Assembly (NCBI RefSeq): GCF_018861315.1
Contig: NZ_JAHLDL010000001.1
Coordinates: 31,923 to 63,922 of the forward strand
Length of the DNA stretch: 32,000 bases
Reading direction: 5' to 3'
Origin: Clostridium bowmanii
GTDB taxonomy: Bacteria; Bacillota; Clostridia; Clostridiales; Clostridiaceae
A model generated the notes under the pieces. It ran no database searches, was not told where the DNA came from, and worked only from the letters and a program-made list of their open reading frames with translations. Position 1 is the first letter of the stretch, and every line of letters begins with the position of its first letter. This document shows positions 9,310 to 19,140 of this stretch, piece by piece. The translations under genes and the position numbers were made by a program.

Positions 9310-10047
9310 TTAGTAAATTATTTCTTGCCCAGAATAATTTATTTCAACTGCTTTTATGTTACGTTTTTTCATTTTTTCAACAAATTTTTTAGTAACCCCC
9401 ACATCATCTCCAAAATGCATAGGTATGAATAAGTCAGGGTTGATTTCTTGAGAGAAATAATCTCCGCCTAAACAATAGAATTCTTGGAGTCTTGAATCTA
9501 CAGGAAAAAATGCTATGTCAATGGGTTTTTCTTCTTTTAACTTCTCAATGTGAGCTTTAAATGAAGATTCTGCTAAAGATTGTTCCTCTGCGCTATCTTC
9601 TTTCCAGTGCCACCAGTTAAGATCTCCCGCATGAAAAATGGTCAGCCCATCTACTTTCACTAAGAAAGATATACCAATATCTGTTGAACCATAAGCTTTC
9701 ACATAAAGGCCTTCAAATGATTTTTCTTCACCTTCCTCCATAAAGCTATAACTAGGTTTATTTACACTTATTTTTATGTCTTCACTAAATATATATTTTA
9801 TATTTCTATTATATTTCTCCCACTCTAAAATTCTAGAATTAAAATGATCCGCGTGACTATGCGTGGCAAATACAAAAACGTTTTTCATGTTCTTAATATT
9901 TTCAGATGATAACAACTCTGACTTATGATGAGTTTCATCTTTTTCTAAAGGTTCCTTAAAATAATCAAATATTAAGAAATGATTCTTAGTCTTAATAGCA
10001 AATCCACTATGATATATATAATATATTTTTGCTTGTATTTCACTCAT
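9310..10047 (-). CDS. MBL-fold metallo-hydrolase
   Basis: FVFATHSHADHFNSRI (HxHxDH motif), TIFHAGDLNWW, ADHF/metal-binding pattern. Confidence 0.88.
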   Translation of the reverse strand: MSEIQAKIYYIYHSGFAIKTKNHFLIFDYFKEPLEKDETHHKSELLSSENIKNMKNVFVFATHSHADHFNSRILEWEKYNRNIKYIFSEDIKISVNKPSYSFMEEGEEKSFEGLYVKAYGSTDIGISFLVKVDGLTIFHAGDLNWWHWKEDSAEEQSLAESSFKAHIEKLKEEKPIDIAFFPVDSRLQEFYCLGGDYFSQEINPDLFIPMHFGDDVGVTKKFVEKMKKRNIKAVEINYSGQEIIY

Positions 10048-10248
10048 AAATTATCGCTCCTAACTATATTTTTTTTGTGTATTTTAAATAAATAAAATTC
10101 TATCATCCTTATTTTATCACAGACACATGTTAACTTCATACTAAGTTATATTTTTTACTTTAAATAATTCTTTATGTAAAAATTCAAGAAAGCATATAAT
10201 CATGATATAGTATATATATCAAATTTTTTAAAAAAGGTGGTTATATTA

Positions 10249-10617
10249 ATGAAGTTTTCGTTTGATCATAATAATATAAATGTGTTGGATTTAGAAAAAA
10301 GTGTAAAATTTTATAAAGATGCTCTAGGATTTATAGAAATCAGGCAATTTCACGCACCAGATGATAGTTTTACTCTTGTATTTTTAGGAGATGAATCAAC
10401 TAATCATAAATTAGAGCTTACTTGGATAAAGGGTAGAACTGAAGGCTACAATCTAGGTGAAAACGAGTTTCATCTTGCCGTAGTTACAGATGATTTTGAT
10501 GCAGCTTATGCCTATCATAAAGAGATGAAGTGTATATGCTATGAAAATAAACCTATGGGGATATATTTTATTATGGATCCAGATGGATATTGGACAGAGA
10601 TTATTCCTAGAAAATAA
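10249..10617 (+). CDS. VOC-superfamily protein, lactoylglutathione lyase-like
   Basis: MKFSFDHNNINVLDLEKSVKFYKDALGF...LELTW...DPDGYWTEIIPRK; ATG 10249 preferred over 10237 (aaaaaaggtgg RBS further upstream). Confidence 0.88.
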   Translation: MKFSFDHNNINVLDLEKSVKFYKDALGFIEIRQFHAPDDSFTLVFLGDESTNHKLELTWIKGRTEGYNLGENEFHLAVVTDDFDAAYAYHKEMKCICYENKPMGIYFIMDPDGYWTEIIPRK

Positions 10618-10796
10618 TCTTAATAAATTAGTACAAAGTCTTATTAAAATAAATATTTTTTTCAAAGTCTAAATAAAAAATAAGTTCCTTCGAAGGTTAT
10701 TGTATGATATTATTTTATTTATCGTTAATATTTAAGTATTTTACATGCAGTTACATTAAATAAAGTTTTATGTATCTGCAAGATTAGGGGGGAATT

Positions 10797-11582
10797 ATGA
10801 ATATTTTTTCAATTATATTTATACTAATAAGTTTTGGCTCTATGATAGGGGCCTTCATTTTAGAAGGTGGCAGTCCTGCTATGCTTATGGCTGCCACTGC
10901 TGCTATAATAGTTTTTGGAGGTACAATTGGATCCGTCGGCCTTGCATCTTCAACTAAAAAGTTAAAAAATATTCCTGCTATGCTTAAACTTATATTTACA
11001 GCAAAAGAAAAAGATTTAGTAGAAATTGTGAGCTATTTTAAAAACTTATCCTTTAAAACTAGAAAAGAGGGCCTACTTAGCATTGAAGCCGAAATAACAG
11101 GTTCATTGGACCCTTTTGTTAAAAAAGGTTTACAGCTGGTGGTAGATGGTGTAGATCCTCAAATGGTAAAAACAATTTTAGAGTTTGAACTTGAGTCGAC
11201 ATATGATAGACATAAAGAAAATGCTGCTATATTTGAAGCTGCTGGCGGATTTGCACCTACTATGGGGGTTATAGGTACAGTTATGGGTCTGGTACAAGTC
11301 TTAAGTAACCTTGCTGACCCAGCTGTACTCGGAGAAAAAATTGCCGTTGCATTTATAGCTACGCTATACGGGGTTGGCTCTGCAAATTTAATATTTCTTC
11401 CTTTAGCCGCAAGATTAAAGGATTTAAATAATGAAGAAATGAAAGAAAAACAACTGGTAATAGAAGCTGTTCTTCTTATGCAAGAAGGTGCGAATCCTAA
11501 TATTTTAGCTGAAAAACTGAAAGGATTCCTAGATAAAAAACAAATAAACAAATTTAATGAAATGAATAATGGGGTAGCATAA
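10797..11582 (+). CDS. motA: Flagellar motor stator protein MotA
   Basis: Four-TM ExbB/MotA architecture with GGFAPTMGVIGTVMGLVQVL and P-rich TM boundary; start follows gggggaatt. Confidence 0.94.
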   Translation: MNIFSIIFILISFGSMIGAFILEGGSPAMLMAATAAIIVFGGTIGSVGLASSTKKLKNIPAMLKLIFTAKEKDLVEIVSYFKNLSFKTRKEGLLSIEAEITGSLDPFVKKGLQLVVDGVDPQMVKTILEFELESTYDRHKENAAIFEAAGGFAPTMGVIGTVMGLVQVLSNLADPAVLGEKIAVAFIATLYGVGSANLIFLPLAARLKDLNNEEMKEKQLVIEAVLLMQEGANPNILAEKLKGFLDKKQINKFNEMNNGVA

Positions 11583-11584
11583 TA

Positions 11585-12334
11585 ATGAAAAGGAAGGAAG
11601 AAAAGGAACCTAATAGTGAGCGATGGCTTTTAACTTATTCAGACCTAATAACCTTACTTATGATATTTTTTGTTATTATGTATGCATCAAGCAATGCAGA
11701 CACTACTAAATATAAACAGCTATCCCAGTCACTTAACGCAGCTTTCACTGGTGGTAGTGGAAAAAGTATTATTGGAGATGATTCAGCTATAAGTATATCA
11801 GAATCGAGTACTAAAATAGTTGAAGAAACATCAGCAGGTACTAAAACATCAGAAGAAAATCAAATGGAAGATATAAAAAAGAATGTGGACAAGTACTTAA
11901 AACAAAATGGATTAAGCACTAACGTATCTACTAAAATTGACGAAAGAGGCCTTCAAGTAAGTCTTAATAGCACTCTTCTTTTTGATATAGGTAAAGCAGA
12001 CGTTAAAGCAGACTCAATAATAAAGTTAATAAGTATAGGAAAAATACTAAATAAGGTTGACAATTATGTAAGAATAGAAGGCCATACAGATAGTACTCCA
12101 ATTAGTAATAACGAATTTAGCTCAAACTGGCAACTTTCTGCTATTAGGGCTACTAATGTTACTGAACTTCTTATTTCACAAGCAGGAATTTATCCTAAAA
12201 GGATATCAGCAGTTGCCTATGGAGAAAATAGACCAGTAGCAAATAATAATACTGGAATTGGAAAAGCTAAAAATAGAACTGTAGACATCATTATATTGAG
12301 CAGTAAATTTTCAAAAACAGAAAATATCAAATAA
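11585..12334 (+). CDS. motB: Flagellar motor protein MotB (OmpA-like domain)
   Basis: Immediately downstream of motA; WLLTYSDLITLLMIFFVIMYASSNAD plug/TM and OmpA-like VRIEGHTDSTPI...NWQLSAIRATNV...RISAVAYGENRPV. Confidence 0.94.
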   Translation: MKRKEEKEPNSERWLLTYSDLITLLMIFFVIMYASSNADTTKYKQLSQSLNAAFTGGSGKSIIGDDSAISISESSTKIVEETSAGTKTSEENQMEDIKKNVDKYLKQNGLSTNVSTKIDERGLQVSLNSTLLFDIGKADVKADSIIKLISIGKILNKVDNYVRIEGHTDSTPISNNEFSSNWQLSAIRATNVTELLISQAGIYPKRISAVAYGENRPVANNNTGIGKAKNRTVDIIILSSKFSKTENIK

Positions 12335-12368
12335 AAAAGATGTTGCTATCTAAAGCAACATCTTTTTT
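12333..12368. terminator. Terminator between motB and convergent clpA
   Basis: AAAAAAGATGTTGCT-ATCTAA-AGCAACATCTTTTTT. Confidence 0.9.
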
Positions 12369-12380
12369 AAATTATTATTT

Positions 12381-14693
12381 TTAAATTATTATTTTTAAAT
12401 TTCCTTTAATAATTGAAAGTTTACCATCCACAATATCAACTACTGCACTACCACCCTGCGAAAGTTCTCCAAACAGTACTTCATCTACAAAATAAGTCTT
12501 TATTTCCTGTTGAACTACTCTATTGATTTCTCTTGCACCATAAGCCTCAGAAAAACCTTTTTTACTTAACCAAGCATATAGATTTTCTGTAACCACTAAT
12601 TTTATATTTTTGGTTAAAAGTTTTTCTTCAAATTGTTTCATTGCCTTCTTAGCTATTTGAAGTGCCATAGCATCGTCAATTTTATTAAATACAATTATAT
12701 TATCCAATCTATTTCTGAATTCTGGAGAAAACACTCGTTCCACTTCTTTAGTAATTGCTCCCCCTGACCCTATTCTTTCTCCAAATCCAATTATATTTTT
12801 ACTAGCTTCCCTTGCTCCTGCGTTAGAGGTCATTATTAAAATAGCATTTCTGAAATCTGCTTTCTTACCCGTATTATCTGTAAGTGTTGCATAGTCCATA
12901 ACCTGTAACAACACATTTAGTATGTCAGGGTGTGCTTTTTCAATCTCATCTAGGAGTAGCACACAATGAGGATTTTTTTTCATAGCCTCAACTAATAGTC
13001 CTCCTTCTTCATACCCCACATATCCTGGTGGTGAACCAATAAGTCTAGCCACAGTATGCTTCTCTTGGTATTCACTCATATCAAATCTAATAAGTGGAAT
13101 AGACAAACCAATAGACAATTGCTTACTTACTTCAGTTTTTCCTACTCCTGTAGGTCCTACAAAAAGTAAAGATGCTATTGGCTTGTCTTCTTCATTAAAC
13201 CCTGCTCTAGATCTCTTTATAGCTCTTACCACAGTGTCTATAGCCTCGCTTTGACCAAAAACTTGCTTTTTTAAATTGTTGTCCAAGTTTTTTAGTGTAA
13301 GAACTTCATTATTGGATACACTTTCCTCTGGAATTTTTGCAATTGAAGCTACTACTTTCTCCACTGCGCCCACCGTAATAACAATGGGTTCTTCATTATC
13401 TTCTGCATTAAGCCTTGCATAAGCGCCTGCTTCATCCATAATATCTATAGCCTTATCTGGGAGATATCTATCCTTAATATACTTGCTAGACAACTCAACT
13501 GCTGTTTTTAAAGCCTCTTCTTTATATATAACATTATGGTAATCTTCATATCTGTCTTTTAAGCCCATAAGAATATCAAAAGTATCAACAGTTGAAGGCT
13601 CCGGCACTTCAATCTTTTGAAATCTTCTAGCCAGTGCACTGTCTTTTTCAAAATGTTTCTTATATTCATCATAAGTAGTTGATCCAATGAATCTTACCTT
13701 ACCATCTGCAAGAAAAGGTTTAAGAATATTTGATGCATCCATAGAACCTCCAGAAACTGCACCTGCACCAACTATAGTATGAATTTCATCAATATAGACT
13801 ATAGGTTTTTCTTCTTTACTGATTTCTCTTAATACTCTTTTAATACGTTCTTCAAAATCGCCTCTATACTTTGTACCTGCAATTAGAGACCCCATATCCA
13901 AATAAAATATCTTACTTCCTTGTAATAACTTAGGTACCTTATTATCCATAATTAGTTGTGCAAGTCCTTCGGTAATAGCAGTTTTACCTACCCCTGGTTC
14001 TCCTACGTGCACCGGATTATTTTTAAGTCTCCTGCATAATACCTGCAGTGTTCTTTGCAGAATGTCTTTTCTCCCAATAAGCGGATCCATTTCCCCTCTC
14101 CTAGCTTTTTGCGTTAACTCCACAGTAAAATTGCCTAGAAAGTTTTCTTCCCCCTTTGGGTTATTCATATCTTCTTCAAATGCTTGGTCTATATCTTCTT
14201 CGTTTTCTTCAAATTCAACGGACTCTTCTTCCTCATGGTTTGTTGTACCTGCAAAGTCAAAAGTATCTACTACAGATATGCCGTGGGCTATATAATTAAG
14301 AAGATCCCGCCTCTTCACTTGCTGTTTACGCAAAAAATACGAAGCAAAACTTTCCTCATCGTCATACATGGCTACAATTAAATCACCTATTCTAACCAAT
14401 TCTTTTCCCGAAAGCATAACGTGATCTTCTGCTGTTGATAAAATTGTTTGAATACCAATTGTTTGGATTGGCTCTGCATCTTCCACAACATCTATATTTT
14501 CCTTTAAAAATTTTACTATCTGTTTTTTAAGAGTTTTAACATTACCACCACTATTCTCTACTATATCAATTCCCTCTTCAAAAAATAAAGAGGCATAAAG
14601 AATATGTTCTGGGGTGAAATATTCATGATTGGACATTTGAGCTTCGTTATAAGCTGCCGTAATAATCTCATTTACTATATTATCTAATTGCAT
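12381..14693 (-). CDS. clpA: ATP-dependent Clp protease ATP-binding subunit ClpA
   Basis: Clp_N domain, two Walker A motifs (GEPGVGKT, GPTGVGKT), SKYIKDRYLPDKAIDIMDEAGA; adjacent to clpS; lacks the long ClpB middle domain. Confidence 0.95.
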   Translation of the reverse strand: MQLDNIVNEIITAAYNEAQMSNHEYFTPEHILYASLFFEEGIDIVENSGGNVKTLKKQIVKFLKENIDVVEDAEPIQTIGIQTILSTAEDHVMLSGKELVRIGDLIVAMYDDEESFASYFLRKQQVKRRDLLNYIAHGISVVDTFDFAGTTNHEEEESVEFEENEEDIDQAFEEDMNNPKGEENFLGNFTVELTQKARRGEMDPLIGRKDILQRTLQVLCRRLKNNPVHVGEPGVGKTAITEGLAQLIMDNKVPKLLQGSKIFYLDMGSLIAGTKYRGDFEERIKRVLREISKEEKPIVYIDEIHTIVGAGAVSGGSMDASNILKPFLADGKVRFIGSTTYDEYKKHFEKDSALARRFQKIEVPEPSTVDTFDILMGLKDRYEDYHNVIYKEEALKTAVELSSKYIKDRYLPDKAIDIMDEAGAYARLNAEDNEEPIVITVGAVEKVVASIAKIPEESVSNNEVLTLKNLDNNLKKQVFGQSEAIDTVVRAIKRSRAGFNEEDKPIASLLFVGPTGVGKTEVSKQLSIGLSIPLIRFDMSEYQEKHTVARLIGSPPGYVGYEEGGLLVEAMKKNPHCVLLLDEIEKAHPDILNVLLQVMDYATLTDNTGKKADFRNAILIMTSNAGAREASKNIIGFGERIGSGGAITKEVERVFSPEFRNRLDNIIVFNKIDDAMALQIAKKAMKQFEEKLLTKNIKLVVTENLYAWLSKKGFSEAYGAREINRVVQQEIKTYFVDEVLFGELSQGGSAVVDIVDGKLSIIKGNLKIII

Positions 14694-14695
14694 AA

Positions 14696-15028
14696 TTACT
14701 CCTCTTCTAAGGTCAATTTTAATGGGAAACCACTTTCCTCACACATTTCCATAGCTTGAATGATTTTTGTTACACCTACGTCATAGCTATATATTCCTGC
14801 AATGCCTCTACCTTTTTTATGTACATCAAACATAATTTTCGTGGCTTGCACAACCTGTTTTTTAAAAACTCCCACCAATACCTGCACAACAAACTCCATA
14901 CTTGTATAATCATCATTATGAATAATTACATTGTACTTATTGGGTTCCCTAATCTCCATTTCTATTTTATCCTTAATATCGATTTTTTCATCAAAAATAC
15001 TTTGCTGCGACATAATTACCAACTCCAC
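14696..15028 (-). CDS. clpS: ClpS adaptor (N-degron adaptor for ClpAP)
   Basis: YNVIIHNDDYTSMEFVVQVLVGVFKKQVVQATKIMFDVHKKGRGIAGIYSYDVGVTK; start likely MSQQSIFDEK. Confidence 0.95.
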   Translation of the reverse strand: MELVIMSQQSIFDEKIDIKDKIEMEIREPNKYNVIIHNDDYTSMEFVVQVLVGVFKKQVVQATKIMFDVHKKGRGIAGIYSYDVGVTKIIQAMEMCEESGFPLKLTLEEE

Positions 15029-15280
15029 TGTTTTAATCGAATTTTATGTTGACACCTATTCAAATACTAACTAGTCTATTTTATTTCTAGTATCTTACTA
15101 TAAGACTATTATATCCTACTTGTTTATATATTACTGCATTTACCTATATAATTTCAACCATTCTATGCTTTTTTCTTTATGTCTAGAATTTATAATATAC
15201 ACATATTCAAAGTAACCTTTTATTTATTTCCCGCATATTATGTAGAAGGTCATAAGGCCTCAGAAAAGGAGGAATTACTC

Positions 15281-15964
15281 TTGGAAATTAAGGAAACAGT
15301 TCACCCTTGCGATAAATGTGGTGAAGTTAGTTCGCAAACATTGTGTTTAAGTGATGGATTTAATATTGAACCAAACGGTATTAATGGCCCTCTAGTAGTT
15401 AAAGTTCCAGTTGTATTAGCTCAAAAGAACATTCAAATAGATGTTGAATCTGAAATTAAATTAAAAGAACCCTTCTATGAAATTAAAAGAATAAAGAAAA
15501 CTGTGTTTTTAACTCAATGTAAATTGCTTCCATTATCCGGCAGAATTATAGATGGTGTTCCTGTTACTGGAAAATTATTTATAAGCGGATATGTAAGAAA
15601 AAATATAGAATATGCTACTGCTGATTGTGTAGATAAAAAAGTTGTAAGTGGTAGAATAGCTCATACAACAGTAGATTGTCCATTCACAACTGTAACCGAA
15701 GTTAGATATGTTATTACACCATTAGTTAATACTACTATTGGAGATACTACAACATTTGCTGAAACCCCATTCTGTGAATTAGAGGCAGTAAGAATTATTG
15801 AAGACGAGCTTATAAGAGATCCTATTTGCCACCCTATTAATGATAAAGTACAACTTTATAATAAAATAGTTGAAAAAATGGTAGTATATATTAATGTTAA
15901 AGTATTGCAAGTACAACAAGTAAATATCCCAGGTATTGATACATTTAATTCCTGCGACAGATAA
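15281..15964 (+). CDS. SPOCS-domain (DUF3794) protein
   Basis: KVPVVLAQKNIQIDVESEIKLKEPFYEIKRIKKTVFLTQCKLLP...GKLFISGYVRKNIEYAT...HTTVDCPFTTVTEV. RBS aaaaggagg upstream of TTG 15281; the ORF-track start at 15179 is upstream of it. Confidence 0.85.
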   Translation: MEIKETVHPCDKCGEVSSQTLCLSDGFNIEPNGINGPLVVKVPVVLAQKNIQIDVESEIKLKEPFYEIKRIKKTVFLTQCKLLPLSGRIIDGVPVTGKLFISGYVRKNIEYATADCVDKKVVSGRIAHTTVDCPFTTVTEVRYVITPLVNTTIGDTTTFAETPFCELEAVRIIEDELIRDPICHPINDKVQLYNKIVEKMVVYINVKVLQVQQVNIPGIDTFNSCDR

Positions 15965-16201
15965 ATATATAAGTATAAACATTTAGATATAGTCGTTCTT
16001 CTAAAATTAATAATATTCATTAGACGAACGTCTAATTATCTATATTGGTCTTAGTTTTTTTACATATATAATAATGTTTTAATACATATGGCATCTAAAA
16101 AAATAACTAGTCAGTTTATTAATCTATTCTAGCTTAATCAATACTTTATCTAGTGAATTTTACTTCGATGCCTAAGCCCTATGATAAAGGAGCATATTTC
16201 C

Positions 16202-17050
16202 ATGGTATCATACAATAACTATGATAAGTTAGTAACTAGAAAACTAATTGAAATTTTGAAAACTTTACAAGAATTATCCTGTGCTGAAAGTACTGCGCAT
16301 GATAACATTGCTGGACTAAATAGTTCTAGTGCGAAAAAAGATCAAGAGGATAGAATAATTTCTAATTGTAATGAAAGTTGGATAGCAACACTTCCCATAA
16401 TAATAGCAGAAAAAAATATAGATATTCCTATTGAGTCCATATTTAAATTGAAAAATCCAGCATTAGATATAAAAAGTATGAAAAAAGATGTATATCTAAC
16501 TAATAGTTCACTATTACCTCTATATGAAAAACAAGGTATTCCTGATGCATTAAATGGGAAACTATTTTTAGAGGGTTATATTAGAAATAAATTAGATTTT
16601 TCTATAGCAAAAGAAGTACATGATAATATAATTAATTTAGATACTGAATCTGTTATAATTTATGTTCCTTTTAAATTTACTACTTTAATTCAGTATAAAT
16701 CCGCTCCAGTCTTCTCTAGAACCGAAGATTATATCCCCATATATATATTATCGAATTGTCAGGATTTTCATAATGATTACCATAAAAATTCAAATGAATA
16801 TACAAACAAAAGAGAGACTCAGCATGAAGAATATATTAATTGCAATACTCCGCCCATAAAATGTGAAATAAATAAAATTAAAATTCATGAAACATATACC
16901 CTTTTGGATAAAGCACCTTTTAATAAAGACTTTCCTATTGAAATGGAATTTCATACTATCAAGCAAAACATAATAATAAATCTCTCACTTGAATTGCTCC
17001 AGAAACAAGATGTATCCATGAGTTCACTTCTTATGCAACAAAAAAAATAA
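16202..17050 (+). CDS. Divergent SPOCS-like protein, paralogue of the preceding gene
   Basis: ATLPIIIAEKNIDIPIESIFKLKNPALDIKSMKKDVYLTNSSLLPLYE...NGKLFLEGYIRNKLDFSIAKE...VIIYVPFKFTTLI aligns by eye to the 15281-15964 product; RBS aaaggag before ATG 16202. Confidence 0.75.
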   Translation: MVSYNNYDKLVTRKLIEILKTLQELSCAESTAHDNIAGLNSSSAKKDQEDRIISNCNESWIATLPIIIAEKNIDIPIESIFKLKNPALDIKSMKKDVYLTNSSLLPLYEKQGIPDALNGKLFLEGYIRNKLDFSIAKEVHDNIINLDTESVIIYVPFKFTTLIQYKSAPVFSRTEDYIPIYILSNCQDFHNDYHKNSNEYTNKRETQHEEYINCNTPPIKCEINKIKIHETYTLLDKAPFNKDFPIEMEFHTIKQNIIINLSLELLQKQDVSMSSLLMQQKK

Positions 17051-17245
17051 AATTCTTCTTATAGATAACATAAACTAATTCATCATTTTGTATAATAATC
17101 TTGCATTCATGTTTAAATAAAAAAAATATGGTAAAACTATTAGATGTTAAGTGAATTTTATTTTATTCTCCTAATAAATAAATTTCATTTTACAATTCAC
17201 TCAATTATACTAGATCATATTCTCTAAAAGCTCTTTCAAATGGTG

Positions 17246-17272
17246 AAAACCCCAAGGTAAATTGGGGTTTTT
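17246..17272 (+). terminator. Terminator downstream of the SPOCS-like gene
   Basis: AAAACCCCAA-GGTAAA-TTGGGGTTTTT. Confidence 0.8.
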
Positions 17273-17400
17273 ATTATGCACAAAAATAACCAACTTATCA
17301 TTAACTGAATAAGATGGCTACTCTAAAAATATGATATATATTGGGAATGCATTGCGATAGCAGGATTTTTCATATTAATAAAATGTACGTTACACAAGAT

Positions 17401-17781
17401 TTATTGTAATCTCATTTTAGTAATTTCTTTATAATAAGTGATACTTTCAGCTTCATCACTTGTAATTAAATTATCTACAAGTAGTATATTATCAATATCC
17501 ACCATCTTAAAAGCTTTTGTATTTCTATTATGTGCATCGCAAATCTTAATGCTTAGATTCTTTCCATGTTTATCCCCAGTTTTAATTAGGAACAAAACAT
17601 TTTCTTCCTCATCAGAAAGATCTTTAAAGATATTAAAATCTTCATTTATAAGTAAAGAGTTAATAACATCTTTTCTTAAATCACTTTTTATGATTGCTAT
17701 AGTATCATCATGTTTGATGAGATATTCAGAAATAAAACCCACTAACTCCTGCTTTGATTGAAATAATTGTGTATTTGACAT
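17401..17781 (-). CDS. Protein of unknown function (126 aa)
   Basis: Complete ORF MSNTQLFQSKQELVGFISEYLIKHDDTIAII...; minus-strand leader ggggg upstream of ATG. Confidence 0.65.
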   Translation of the reverse strand: MSNTQLFQSKQELVGFISEYLIKHDDTIAIIKSDLRKDVINSLLINEDFNIFKDLSDEEENVLFLIKTGDKHGKNLSIKICDAHNRNTKAFKMVDIDNILLVDNLITSDEAESITYYKEITKMRLQ

Positions 17782-18118
17782 TTATATTACCCCCTAAATT
17801 ATTTAACTAAATCGCATCTTTTATACATTGTATTGCATTTTAATACATAAGTCAATAGAGTAATATAATATTAAAATTTACATATTGATTATTTTTTACT
17901 TCAGTTCATCTATCCAAGCCATTTATCGTAATATTCTCTTCAGCTCATTTATATTTATATTTCTGTAAATATTTATATATGAATAATTATTCATTAATTT
18001 GTATACATAACGCAATTAAAATTCAAAGTATTACCGCATATGCAATTGACAACCAAGTTTATAACGTTCTATACAATAAATGAAATAGCAATTATGTGGT
18101 TATTTTTTCTTATATTAT

Positions 18119-18320
18119 GCTAACAAAAGTATATATCACGTAGAATACATTTGAATAAGCCGTAGAAATTCACAACTAATTTTATTGAAAGATACGTTAA
18201 GAAAAGTGTATGTTTGAGCGTTAGCGAGTTTACACTTTTTAGTATCTTTCAATAAAATAAGTTTAGAATTTCTAGGCGAAATGAATGCATTCCTAGTGAT
18301 ATATACTTTTCGTTATAGCT
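18119..18320. repeat. Long imperfect inverted repeat with GAGCGTTAGCGAG loop
   Basis: Left arm GCTAACAAAAGTATATATCACGTAGAATACATTTGAATAAGCCGTAGAAATTC...ATTTTATTGAAAGATAC..TAAGAAAAGTGTA; reverse complement of right arm GCTATAACGAAAAGTATATATCACTAGGAATGCATTCATTTCGCCTAGAAATTC...ATTTTATTGAAAGATAC..TAAAAAGTGTA; about 90-nt arms, 20-nt loop. Confidence 0.9.
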
Positions 18321-18347
18321 TAATGCAAGAAAATTTTCAACCCACAA

Positions 18348-19109
18348 TTACCTATCGAATAGGAAGGAATTTATTACTGCTAAATACTCCCTGACAAAGC
18401 AAGTAGGCACAAGCATAGGGTGAAGTGGTGCTGGATAACCATATACTTTTAAGCCCTGCCTTCGTGCTAAAAATTTAGCTCTAAACACATGGAAATTATT
18501 TGTTACAATCGTTATTTTTATATTTTTACTTTTATCTAGTTTTTTTAAAACCTCTGCTGTAAATTTCATATTTTCTAAAGTGTCCGTTGATTTTTCCTCT
18601 TTTATTATCTGAGCACCTGCTACTCCATGGTTAACTAAAAATCTTTTCATAGCCTCTGCTTCAGTAATACTCTCACCAGAACCTTTGCCTCCTGAAACTA
18701 CTATTTTAATGTCAGGATTAATTTCAATATATTTTAAACTAGCATAAAGCCTTTGATAAAGTGCCGTTGAAGGAACTTCACCTCTAAGACCTGCACCTAA
18801 AATCATTAAATAATCACTTTTTTCTTTATGCTTTGATACAGCTGATCCAATTATGAATCCTTCAATAACTACAAAGGAAGCTAGTCCTATAAAAAAGCAT
18901 ATTTTTATTACACTTCGAGTCTTGCCGAGTCTTAATAAAATATATTCTTTTTTACTTTTACTCCTAATCAATCCAAGTGTTATTAATAATATACCCAGAG
19001 CAAAATAAAACTCTGCAAAAGTTACCCTACCTCCAAATATTATTGTTCCTATAAAATAGACTTCACATAATAAGCCTAATGCTATGTATACCTTACCCCT
19101 GTTTTTCAT
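18348..19109 (-). CDS. YdcF/SanA family membrane protein (DUF218)
   Basis: YLMILGAGLRGEVPSTALYQRLYASLKYIE...IVVSGGKGSGESITEAEAMKRFLV...STDTLENMKF...ITIVTNNFHVFRA. Confidence 0.9.
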   Translation of the reverse strand: MKNRGKVYIALGLLCEVYFIGTIIFGGRVTFAEFYFALGILLITLGLIRSKSKKEYILLRLGKTRSVIKICFFIGLASFVVIEGFIIGSAVSKHKEKSDYLMILGAGLRGEVPSTALYQRLYASLKYIEINPDIKIVVSGGKGSGESITEAEAMKRFLVNHGVAGAQIIKEEKSTDTLENMKFTAEVLKKLDKSKNIKITIVTNNFHVFRAKFLARRQGLKVYGYPAPLHPMLVPTCFVREYLAVINSFLFDR

Positions 19110-19140
19110 GATTTCCCCCTATTTCTATCAAAAACCTTCC

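Noticed and set aside
12381-15052. Plus-strand ORFs 14062..14295, 14184..14381 and 14756..15052
   Set aside because: Antisense shadows of clpA and clpS.
15779-15982. 67-aa minus-strand ORF
   Set aside because: Antisense to the SPOCS-domain CDS tail; very AT-rich Ile/Tyr/Phe composition.
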